From Octopus sinensis (lineage: Eukaryota), in the NCBI RefSeq assembly GCF_006345805.1, contig NC_042997.1:188790001-188854000 (forward strand): a DNA stretch of 64,000 nt, written 5' to 3'. This document shows, piece after piece, positions 10,861 to 22,685 of this stretch; within the stretch, counting starts at the first letter, position 1, and each line of letters starts with the position of its first letter. The translations under genes and the position numbers were made by a program. The notes beneath the pieces were generated by a model. It was not told the DNA's origin and did no database searches. It saw nothing but the letters and a program-made list of their open reading frames with translations.

Positions 10861-13429
10861 CTTCACAAAGGGCTGAAAGAGGTACCATATTGAGCAAACT
10901 CTGAAAACTGCAAAGGGAGATGTAAAGAAAAAAAAAGAAATGGAAATAGATAAGACAGTGAACTCTTTTTTAAAATAAATGTTGGACATTGCTTAATCCC
11001 AGCTAGCCCAAAGCCAGATGGTCAAAATAAGCAAAAGAGTAAAATTAATAACAAAACAGACACCCCTGGAAATAAAAGATCATGTACCAAATAAAATTAG
11101 AAGCAGAGATGACTTGCATATGTTCAACACAGGAAAAAATTGGAAACTTCAAGAATTCTAACAAGCTGATAATGATATTTAGAATTTTTTTTTTTTTTTT
11201 AATTCTTTACAGCATTGCTATTTGCTAAAAGGAGATATCTTCAGTCAAATAAAATATTAAAGGATTTCAATTTTTCTTTTCACTTTGCTTTTTGCTTTGT
11301 CTTTTTATTTTATCTTGTTTAAATCAAAGCCTTCTTCTGTGAATGAAAAATGTGACAAGTAACTATTTAAAGATAGAAGATGTTTCTATATTAATAGAAT
11401 ACAAAACAAAATAAATAAAAAGATTAAGTCCATACTAAACCATGAGATAAAAAAAAGAGAAAATTGCTTAAGCATAGTTATATCATTCATGTGGTTTGTA
11501 ATTATGTTAACAGCTAGGCTTGAATAAAGATTTCATCAATAGAGTTTCGTATCAATAAAAGCAGAAACAAAATTGTAACATTCATCTTTTCTGGAGACAT
11601 TAGCAATGTAGGGGATGTATGCTCACTTCTCCACTACTGTGAATTGGAGCTATGTTGTAAAAATCAACATTTTAGGAACTTCTTAATAGCAGATTAAAAT
11701 GAGACTGAAGGGACTTATTAGTGCAGAGCTTAAAAACTCAGGCATTTGTATACTGTAATAATACAAGAAAGAATAAAGAACTGAGTTTAATGTTGAATGT
11801 GAGGTTTGGGGGAAAATATATTAGAAACAGTAAAATAGAAAAAACTAAGAGAAATAAGTACATTCAGAACTTTCATGCGAGGTTAGTCCTTTATAGAAGA
11901 GGCAGAAAGGACACAACATGATAATGGGACAAGGATTATCAATTAAAACTACAAACTTAGTGTTTGTTCAATTCCTACAGAAATCAACTTCAACATTTGT
12001 TTCTGAAAGAAACAAAATAAAAAAAAAAAAGCTAAACTATATTACAAATGTTAATGAGCTTATAGTATTTATTTCTTTTCACATTAAATCATAAATTTAG
12101 TTGTGGCCATTTACAAAGTAAATGAAACCTGTACATGCATGTACATTTGTGTATGCAGGAATACATACAAATGTTAGCTTGTAATACAGGAAACAGTGGA
12201 ATAAAACTGGCATAAAAAAACTGAACCTTGAGTTGAGTGAGTTAATCAACATCAATACAGTCAAAATCAGGAATTCCAGCAGGTAAGTTACAAATAACCT
12301 TAAAGATTTTGCTTTCATTTTCATTTCCTTTTAGTTTTTTGAGAAGAGCTAAGAATAACTGTACACAAACAAAATTAATTTTTGTCATGAATTATATTTT
12401 ACTTTCATTTAAACTATGTATCTTTGTATCCTTTTAAAATGTAAATTCGAAAGTAATTTTTAAAAGAATGTTGCAGTAGTTATTCAAGTGAAAAGTTAAT
12501 GACATATTTTAATTGGTGTGAATTCAATTTGGAAATTTATTAATGTAAATACTAAAGTTAACAATTTCAGTATTACAATCTATGCTCATAATTCAAATCT
12601 TATGTATTTGTTTTGACAGAATTTGAATTATCCTAATATCCTAGATAATGTCCTGGTTATATTATAACAATGACCACATAGTGGATAACTTTATATAGCT
12701 TTATGACTAGTTCTTAATACTTTCTGCCTACTACTTCATGATAAGTGGTGAGGGGCATCTAATTATACAAGCAATAACTATAGCATTCATTATACAAATG
12801 TAGAAATTTGCAAAATCTATGGCACCCATAATGATATGGCAAAAATGAATTAAAAATAATTCTGAGAGAACTTGATTCATTTTCAGATTGGTTATACATT
12901 TTTATCATGTATCTCAGCTGTCTTATAAATGCCCTTTCAGAACAGAAGTAGCAGCAGATTCAAAGCTTATCAAATATTGAATATGAGAAAAGGGATCTGT
13001 AAACAAAAAATCTGACCTATCTGACTCATAACCATCCCAATTTTATCAACAATGAAAACATTTTTTTAATGCAAAAGAATTTTTTTTCTTTCTAAGATTC
13101 CTTCAATTCCAAAAATAAATGGCACTATTGAATAAATAATGAATGATGAAACCTTCCATTTCTGATAAGAAATTAAATATTAAGTTTCAAGAAATAAATA
13201 TATTTTCCTTCCCATTTTTTCATGTTTTTTTCGTTTTAAACTGAACACTTTCCATAATAATTTTTCGTTTTTTTAATTTTCTAATAAACAAGTCCTTATA
13301 TACTTTCAATTTTGATTTCTGAGCATAAGAACAGAGACATGCACAAAATCCTTGAAACCATTCTCCAATGGGGTCATACCAATCTTGTCTCCTTAAATAA
13401 CAAGAAAACATTTATTCACTTCACCCCTA

Positions 13430-13745
13430 CACCCAACCTCTAAACAAGAACAACTAGAAGCCTCTATTCAAATGCTAGGTCACACCACTACTAAGGATCT
13501 CTACTAGTGAGCATATATCCTTGACATAGAAAAAACTGCATCTAAAAGCCTGACCTTCCTCTTCAAAGCTGCAAAATACTTCAACCTACTAAGAGTTAAG
13601 GTGGCAACCACAATGAAGTACTGTTCCAACATCTAAGCTTGTACTGCTGCTACATACATAAACATCCTAAATCACATCCAAAGTAAGGCCACTCAACTGA
13701 TTGGCATGAAGTCATTCATAAACAAGCTTCAGCCTTTAGCGGAGT
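13430..13745 (+). mobile_element. Decayed Jockey/CR1-like LINE, region downstream of RT
   Basis: HILDIEKTASKSLTFLFKAAKYF...TTMKYCSNI*...ILNHIQSKATQLIG resembles the P.LEYCS.VW...LD.VQ.RA.RLI block of these LINEs. Confidence 0.65.
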
Positions 13746-16478
13746 CACAGGCAAACTACAGCCTGCAGTACTTTCTGAATGATACACCTAACAAAAAATT
13801 ACCTTGAAATTTTTAAGCAGTGTGTCCTGCCCAAGATGAGCCATATCATGTGTGGCCTGATTCTTGTAAAAAGTTATCCATGTCTGCTCTAGCCCACATA
13901 CTTGCTATCATTCTCACTGTCTTTTCTATAAGGGCTTTTGCTGATATCATATTGTCTCCACTAACACTTGTGACTTATACATTTGTCCTCTGAAATATTC
14001 ATCACTGAACATGGTATTTTGTTCATATAGTTTTCAACTTGCAACAGTGAAAGCAAAATATTAACAGTATCAACCTACTGGTATCAGAAAAACAATTAAA
14101 GACTATAACCCTCTACCTCCAGACCAAACCAATAAAAAATAAAATTAACAATGAAACTGAACAAGTTTTCAAAGTAAATATACTTTTCAACAGTCAACTT
14201 TTAGGATTAACAGGCTGGCTATATATATTCAACAGTAGAGATCCTTAGAGGATCTCTAAGGTGGTATGATCAAGCATTTGAAGTGAAGGATTTTAATTGT
14301 GTACTGTTCTTGTTTAGAGTTTGGGAATATGGGTAAGGTGAATGTTTTCGTGTTGTTTAAGGAGGCAAGATTGGTATCAACTTTGTGCCCTCAAAATGAA
14401 ATCAATGTTTCAATGAAAGAATCTCCCTTTATCTTTTTTTTTTTCTTTAAATAGTCATGAAAGACTATATAAAATTAAGCAATATTTTTTTTTATCATTG
14501 TTAATGAAACTAATAAAAATAATGGGAAAACTAACAGATCTTGAAAGATACTGAGGAAATCAGACAGTACAAGGTTCTTCACTTCAGAAGCATGGTTCCG
14601 TTGCAAAATGACAAATATAAGAATTATTAAAATAAGTTTTCAAAATAGCAGGTAATCACAAACATGTCAAGAACAAACCATCTGCTACAAAGAGGACATT
14701 CAACATGGTATTGCTTAAATTTATTTTAACTTACGTTGTCTCAGAAAGTGCGATTAGGTCTGGTATGACAAGATACATCTATCAACTAAAAATACTGATG
14801 ATAAAATGATATCCTGCATGGGCAGAACATCAGAAATTTATAGACAAAGGAGGTTAAATATTATCTACATAACTTTCCTAAAAGGATCATCAGTTTAAGT
14901 GGTTCCAAGTAGGAAGTGAAATTAGGTCAGGTGCATTTCACCAAAATGACATCAGTGTGTTTTTGCAAATATAATTAAAATACCAAAATAATGACAACAA
15001 CAATGGCGATGACAATATTAGTGATATTTTAATAAATTCATATCTAATAATGAAAGAACTTTCCTTGGTAAATAAAGTTCATAGACAAAACTAATAATAA
15101 AACTCAACGAAGAATAGGAAAAGCAAAATCAACAATGAATTTCAGCAAGATGCCAATCAAATCCTGAGACAAGGTAGACACACAGACCTATTAAAGACAG
15201 TATATGTAATTACAAAGGCAACAGAAAGGATAAAGAGAAAGGGAGAGAGAGAGAGAGAGAGAGGGTGTATAATGTTTGTAATAAAAGCAAAAACAAAAGA
15301 AAAACAGAATGAAGACTCGATACAAGTGATTGCCAGGACAGCAAATGAAATATATAAATGTATAAATAGATGTGAAGGTCATAAAAGAAATTGCAATCTT
15401 GAATGTTTTAAGAGTAGCTACAAACTACTAGCTAGTGAAAGTCAAGGAATTACAAATTACACTTGAAATGGTCAGATAAACTATGGCACAGAAAAATAGT
15501 ATTAGAAAAAGAATATTTACAGTTAAAAAAAGCTAAAGAACAAGTTTTTGTTTATTCACAATGAAGGTGATTGCAAAGATAAAATTAAATTTTCCAAAGC
15601 TTTTAAGTGGCTTAAAATCAAACATACACAAATTCGTGCAATTCTGAACTGGCATATGGATGGAAAGAATTGTAAATAGATAAAGAGATGAAGAATTTGA
15701 AATAATCTGAAAAAGTAGAAAAATTGGCAGATACATAAGATGCCTTATAGATCCATGGTATCTAAAATTTATTAGTGGAAGAGGTTAGTTGAGCTCAACC
15801 CATAAAAATCAATAATACACACAATGCAGGAATAGTTTCTTAATCAACATATTCAAAAGTAGATAGAACTTCATCAAATCATCCAGCTTCTTAAGTTCCT
15901 AGCTTGAATGAAATGAAAACTATAGGCTAATCATTTGCCTGAAGACTTCATAGATTTCCTCAGGAATGTTGATCAACTATATAGCTGATCACAAATGAGA
16001 TAAGTAATAGAAATTAGATGGATCCATGTCAGGCAATAGTTGGCACAATAGACAAATTATTAATAAAATCAAAAATTCAGGAGCCACCATTGAAATCAGG
16101 CTGATATTCCCATGAATGGAACAGTTTATCATGACTAGATAATGTGCATATATTAATAGTTTTGCATACAAGAGAGAGAGTGTGTGTGTATGTTTGTTCG
16201 TTTTATCAGATAAAGGACATGATACATAGAATAGTGGACTAAACAGTAAATGGATACTAAAGGGAAAGAACAGTTCAGCTATTGAACTCTAATCCAATCT
16301 CAAGAAAACTTCTACAATAAATAACTTTCTAGCTGGAGTGCAATAGAATGAGATATTAATTATAATACTACCTGAAGTGATAGGTCATTTCAGAAGAGGA
16401 ATCTTTCATTATAGAAGTACATCAGGCAGACTTTGAAAAAAAAACAGTAAAAAGGGGCATTGAAAAATTAAGGCTTAA

Positions 16479-16707
16479 CCCTTTAGTGTTCGCATTATTC
16501 TACCAAAATGAATGTGCTTTTATCCACATTGTTTTGAACTAATTGCATTAATTGCATTAATCTTGTAGCTATGAGATTTTGATGAGGTAGCTGTTAATTT
16601 TTAAAACAATATTGTAGGGTTGATGTGAAAGACCAGATCTGGCCAGTTTGAACATAAAACAGGCAGAATACTTCTGGCCGGATATGGCCGGTTTAAATGC
16701 TAAAGGG
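16479..16707. mobile_element. piggyBac-type MITE, copy 1
   Basis: TTAA|CCCTTTAG ... CTAAAGGG|TTAA, with an intact TTAA TSD. Confidence 0.9.
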
Positions 16708-16733
16708 TTAAGATGAAAACTTCTCAGATTGCC

Positions 16734-16953
16734 CCCTTTAGCATTCATATTTCACTGTCAGATGTAATGCTTTTTTATTCACATTGCCTCAAATAAATCA
16801 TGAATTATCTTGTAGCTTCAAGATTTCACTGATGTGGTAATTTATTTTTATAATGACATTGTAGAGTAGGTGTGAAGGGCCAGATTTGGCCAGTTTGAAC
16901 ACAGAACAAGTAGAGTATTTTGGCCGAATACAGCTGGTTTAAATGCTAAAGGG
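16734..16953. mobile_element. piggyBac-type MITE, copy 2 (same family)
   Basis: CCCTTTAGCATT ... AATGCTAAAGGG, internally colinear with copy 1; TSD decayed. Confidence 0.85.
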
Positions 16954-17263
16954 TTATGGTGATAACAGCACAGACGCCAAAAGCCATATCTGAGTAATAA
17001 CATTAATTTCAGGAAAATTTGTGACAAACTTGTCTCAATATTGAAGGAATGGAGCAAAGAGTAAAAACTGAAGTTCATCAAAGGTTAACTGAATATAAAG
17101 TATTTGCTGAAAATAATTATGAAAAGAAATATGCTGAAGCTCCTAACAAACACTCAAATGTAGTGAGACACTAACAGCAGATGAGACAAAAAATGATTAG
17201 TAGAAAATATATTGTGTTTGAGGTTCATGTGTGAAGCAGAAAATGTTAGAAGGTTACATTTAA

Positions 17264-17568
17264 CCCTTTAATATTCCAATTACTCTGTCAGATATAATAC
17301 TTATTCATTCACATCGGTTTGAATTAATCATACATTATCTTGTAGCTTCAAGATTTCAATGTTGTGCTTGTTTACTTTTAGAATAACATTCTAGGATAGG
17401 TATGAAAGACCAGATCTGGCCAGTATCAAAATCTAAAGCATATGAATTTTCATGGTAGGGTTCTGCCTTTATGCCCCCTCAAAATTGTATGAAACAAACA
17501 ACATTACCCTTCTCCCTAGGCTTGGTAGAATATTTGGGTTGGACATGGTTGGTTTAAATGCTAAAAGG
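17264..17568. mobile_element. piggyBac-type MITE, copy 3, carrying a 101-bp foreign insertion
   Basis: TTAA|CCCTTTA ... GCTAAAAGG, colinear with copies 1 and 2 except at 17425-17525. Confidence 0.85.
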
Positions 17569-18026
17569 CTAAAATAGGAAGGTGATTTTAAAAAAAGAAT
17601 TATAAATGGGTCCAGCAAGAAAAACTTTCATGAAAAGTAGTAAATTGAAAAACCACTAGCATTTTACCTGAATGATAAGAAAAAAGGGACAATAGTGACA
17701 AAGGTTAAAAAACAACATGTATATATAAATAGAGAGGAATATGTATAAATGTATATGTATATATATATATATGTGCATACATATATGTTATGTATATATA
17801 GATGTATATGTATAGATGTATATGTATGATTTATATGTATATATGCATATATATGTATATATGTGTGTGTGTGTGTGTGTGTGTATTATATATATATTTA
17901 TTTATATATGTATGCATGTATATATCTGTATATATATATTTGTGTAAGTATACACACACACACACACATATGTATGTATATATGTATATATACACACACA
18001 CACATATATATATATGTATAATTACA

Positions 18027-18540
18027 TCTATTATATAAAAGTCAATGTCTTTATGTGTGTTTGTGTGCTACTTATAGACTCGAAAACTACTGGACCGATC
18101 CTAATGAAATTTGGAACACAAAATCCAAGCCTAGGGAGAAGGGTAATGTTGTTTGTTTCATCTACCATGAAAATTCATATGCTTTAGATTTTGATGAAAT
18201 TTGAACCATAGGTAACTGACACAAATCAAGAGGTATTCCCAAAGTTTTCGCTTTTCATGAGGACTCTAAGATGCTCTAATGGGGGCCTTAACTCCCAAAT
18301 TTTAGTCATTTTCTATGATCCAAAACAGGGTCAAAAGTACTGAATGGATCTTCATGAAATTTGGAAATTATATTCTATGCATAAGGGCAGATGTAATGCG
18401 GTATATGTTTGAAAGTAAGGGGGCATAAATGAGGTCATAACCCCATGAAAATTCTTAAAACTTTTGCTGTTGATGAAATTTTAGCCATAGATATTAGACA
18501 CAAATGAAGTAATACATGAGAAACATTTATTATTAGGGGG
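18027..18540 (+). mobile_element. Non-autonomous Helitron/DINE-like element, 5' part with internal subrepeats
   Basis: Starts A|TCTATTATATAAAA, then a GT-rich tract, aaaactactggaccgat..tgaaatttgg, and recurring tgaaattt(g/t) / ccatgaaaattc units. No clear CTAG 3' end. Confidence 0.6.
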
Positions 18541-18651
18541 TTGATAATGAGATAATTTCAAAAGGCTTTTAATTTTTGCTTTTGTCATCTTACTACTCAT
18601 TTCAAGTGTTTGATTCATAAGTTTTGTAGAACTATATATAGAAACTGTGAG

Positions 18652-18779
<128 letters not shown>

Positions 18780-18990
18780 TGATCAAAATGCTTGTGTTCA
18801 CATAAGCTCACTTCCTCCATCAAATCGATATTACCTGTACAGGTGTACAACTACCACATGCCAGATGACAAAATGATCGCAGAGCAATTTGAAATGAAGT
18901 GTTTTGCTCAAGAATACAATGCAACACCTGGTCTGGGAATTGAAACCACGATCTCACAACTGTGAATGCAACATCCTAACCACTAAGCCA
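18780..18990 (-). mobile_element. SINE family C, degenerate
   Basis: ttttgctcaagaatacaatgc...ctaaccactaagcca matches the head of 2228-2527. Confidence 0.7.
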
Positions 18991-20370
18991 TATATATGTA
19001 TGTATATACATACATATGCATGTATGCATGCATGTATATATGTATATCTTTCATTAACAGTAATGAATGTATTTAGCATTTATGTAAAACTAAAGAAATA
19101 TCTTTGACCAACTGCTTACATGCCTCTGTGTGTGTGTGTACACATAATCAACATCATCATTATCATCTTTTCAACACATATTTTTCAGTAATAGTTGAGC
19201 TGCATCACAATGCATCATATTTCCATATATCAATTCCTGTATTCCTTTCAACAATGTTCTTGGGTGTAAAGGAAGTTGAGAAACTACTATCTATGCTACA
19301 GATAGGCTCCATCATAAGGACACACACACACACACCATGAAATAAAGATGCAGTTTAATTTTTGTTTATTTCTCTATAGTGGTAGAAATCTCTTAAGGCT
19401 GTACAGCTTTCCCTGGTAGTGAATAACGAGGTGCATGGTGGTTTTATGTGGAATATCTGCTATACACACAAGCCATCACATTCAATCTTGAACCAACGGC
19501 AGGGCTGACTGAAATGAATGATGGAGTCAGCTCTGAAGCTGAAACCAAATTGATCTGCTACATACTTTTAACACATGATGTGAGGTGAGGGATTGTAATG
19601 TCTTTTGCTCAAAAACAAAACAAAATGCTAAAAGCTGATTTGAACTCACATCTAGACAGGCAGCCATCTAACTTATTAATCAACTCACTTCAAACATTTC
19701 TTCTACAGAGAACTTAATTCAGCTACTTTGCAAATTTCATCTCACTAATATTCTGTGAAATTACATCATTTCTACACCTAGATCAATCCTCAAATTATTC
19801 AATTTAAGACAGAATACATGTAGCATTTAAACTGAGTGTAGATGCAAATACAAGCAAGCTATGAGAGTCAAACAAACTTGAGTAACTACTTACTAAGTTT
19901 TGATTTTCTCTCATGTGCCCTTAGTGCCTACATTTATACTTGATCAAAAATTCAGTGGTGAGTAGATAGCACAATTAATCAGACAAAAAAATACCTATGA
20001 CTCTAGGTTCTATGAGTTCAAATTCCACCTAATCCTTCTGAGGTTGTTTAAAATAAGTACTAACAGTTGATGTAATCAGCTATACTCTCAAAGGAGATAT
20101 GCCAGTACGATCACAGTACTGTAAGGGAAATCAGTGAAAGATGAAATGAACATGTTTCAATTCAACTTTTTAAACTGATTTAAACTTAGTTAGTTTTTCT
20201 TTTTCAATTCATTTCTGCAGTACTATTAAAGCACTTTTAGGTAAAGTATAGTCATAAATTCACATAAGATTAGAATTCTTCAGGTTATAACCTCATCTAA
20301 AGATAAGTTTGAATAATCCAAAATATAATCCTTGTAACACCAATTCATCTGAAACATTTAATAAATGTCT

Positions 20371-20745
20371 AGGCGCAGGAGTGGCTGTGTGGTAAGTAGC
20401 TTGCTAACCAACCACATGGTTCCGGGTTCAGTCCCACTGCGTAGCATCTTGGGCAAGTGTCTTCTGCTATAGCCCCGGGCCGACCAATGCCTTGTGAGTG
20501 GATTTGGTAGACGGAAACTGAAAAAAGCCCGTCGCATATATGTATATATATATATATATATGTGTGTGTGTATGTGTTTGTGTGTCTGTGTTTGTCCCCC
20601 TAGCATTGCTTGACAACCGATGCTGGTGTGTTTACATCCCCGTCACTTAGCGGTTCGGCAAAAGAGATCGAAAGAATAAGTACTGGGCTTACAAAGAATA
20701 AGTCCCGGGGTCGATGACTGAAACAAGTAAAAGAGTAAAGAGTAA
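20371..20745 (+). mobile_element. SINE family A, young copy with a short 3' deletion
   Basis: ggcgcaggagtggctgtgtggtaagtagc...tgactgaaacaagtaaaagag; CpGs are largely retained. Confidence 0.92.
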
Positions 20746-21278
20746 TTCCCACAAATTAAATTAATAAGAAATTCATTAGAATGTGTATTTTCTAGAATAA
20801 CTATTGAATCATGAAGTTGTTTGTTAATTCTAATTTGAAAAAACTTAATAAAACATAAAAACAGAATATTATAGAAACACTAAAAATATTTCTTGCTAAT
20901 TTCCAAGGCAAACTAAACGAACTACTAATTCTATGAAAAATATAGGAAATACATTAACTATGAAATCAAAAACACTTTGAAATCAATCATAAATTGATTT
21001 TCACCAAAAATTAAACAAAAACAGAAAAAAGCTTTGGAAAAAATTATTAAATGCCATTGTTTTCAATGAATAATAATAATAAAACAAAAAGCAACATATC
21101 CTTCTTTTCAGTATTCTGGTGGTACTCGAATCCTTAAGCAACTCAATGTAATATGTTGTATCCAAAACAATCTAAGTTAGTTTGTAATATGCATCGTATG
21201 ATTTTATATAATTTTTATTTGCTATCGTAGTTCATTTGAACTTAGCATGTCAATATTTAGAAAATTGGGGAAGCGCTG

Positions 21279-21398
21279 CTAATATATTCGCATATTGTCA
21301 CACCCACTACTACACAGACAAAGCAGAGTCACTACCCATACAGTAATCAACATAGCAGGATCTTTAAGCTCTTCAATTCTGATTATAGGCTTTTGTAC
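21279..21398 (-). other. Candidate exon (acceptor at 21398, 3' boundary undetermined) containing a 24-aa ORF
   Basis: Minus strand: aacctttatatatttcag|gtacaaaag, then unique sequence with ATG at 21353 and TAG at 21279 (MLITVWVVTLLCLCSSGCDNMRIY). Confidence 0.35.
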
Positions 21399-22639
21399 CT
21401 GAAATATATAAAGGTTATTTAACTTCCCCTTTTTCACATTGTTAGAAACTTTCCATCTTCATTATTTGTTACTTTATTTCTGTATCACAACACTTCAAGC
21501 AAACTACAACACTCTTCTTTGAAAACAATAATTATGCTCATTTCAACTAAAACCCCTAAAATTTAATAAATATTGCTTCCATATCTCTCAAATTAAATGA
21601 AATATAGTAAAGGGGTAACAGCAAATAATTAAGTATTTTCTCTTCTATGATCATGAACAGGTAAAACTGAACAGCCTATAAGCTAAATGTTGAGAGATAT
21701 TTGTGTAATTAAAATACATTATCAAATAAGCTCCATTTCAAGAGTAATGATCCTAATCTAATAGCTTCTTTAATTGGTGTAAAGAAAATGTTGAGTGATT
21801 TTTATCCTTAGCTAATCCTAATAAAAAGTAAGATTGACATAGTTGTTTTATTATTTAAACTAAAGCTGCCAGCGGCTGTATACTAGGATTTATCCTGTCA
21901 TTTGGCCTTGTTTCCATGCTTGCTTTAACAAAAAACACAAACTTGAGTAGAAACATACTGTACTGTAGTAACTGCACTGTGAGAATTACATAACTGTTTT
22001 TATGAATTTTGTCAGGCTTTTTTCTGTTTTCATTTTCACATAAAAGCTGGGTTTTTTTCCTTTTAATTCTTAAAACATCTATATCAGGAATTATATTAAT
22101 ATTAAAAAAACAAACATGCTTGATGGTGACTCAATATGAACTCAGATATGAACTTTTCTTACAGGAAATCCAAAAATGATCAAAATAACATAGGATATTG
22201 ATCAAAGTTTAGTACAAAATAATTTTACCAGCTTACAGTTTAATTTGAACATCAACTACGTTTATCAATAAAATCTTTGTGTAGCTTATTCACACAACTA
22301 GAGAAACTTGTTTTCACCAGGATGTGTAGCTGTAATATGTTTGTTATGAAGTGTTTAATATACATCTGAGTCAATAATGCAATTGCTGTGCAGCTACTAA
22401 GATCAATGTAGCCAATGAAATCTATGTTAACTTCAAACAGATTAGCAGTTAAAAACCAACAGCCATGAAAGATTAGATAAAGCATGAAATGTTGAAGCAA
22501 AGATGCAACAATTCTCTGTTTTAATGGATCAAGGAAATGAGAGTTTCTTACCTGCAAAGACTTTACTACTAAACATAAAATGCATGCATGCACACAAATG
22601 CTCATACATACAAGTACACAAATGTGTACACACACGCAT

Positions 22640-22685
<46 letters not shown>

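Noticed and set aside
12191-12282. Possible plus-strand exon ending at cag|gtaagt with one open frame
   Set aside because: Weak acceptor, no recognisable protein similarity and no partner exons.
15200-16470. Possible ancient LINE coding relic
   Set aside because: Purine-rich, coding-like texture, but no motif I could assign confidently by eye.
19380-19584. Plus-strand acceptor/donor pair
   Set aside because: Stops in all frames, and it runs into a decayed SINE-like segment.
22552-22568. 17-nt minus-strand microexon with a strong cag|gtaaga donor
   Set aside because: Short polypyrimidine tract and no supporting context; indistinguishable from chance.
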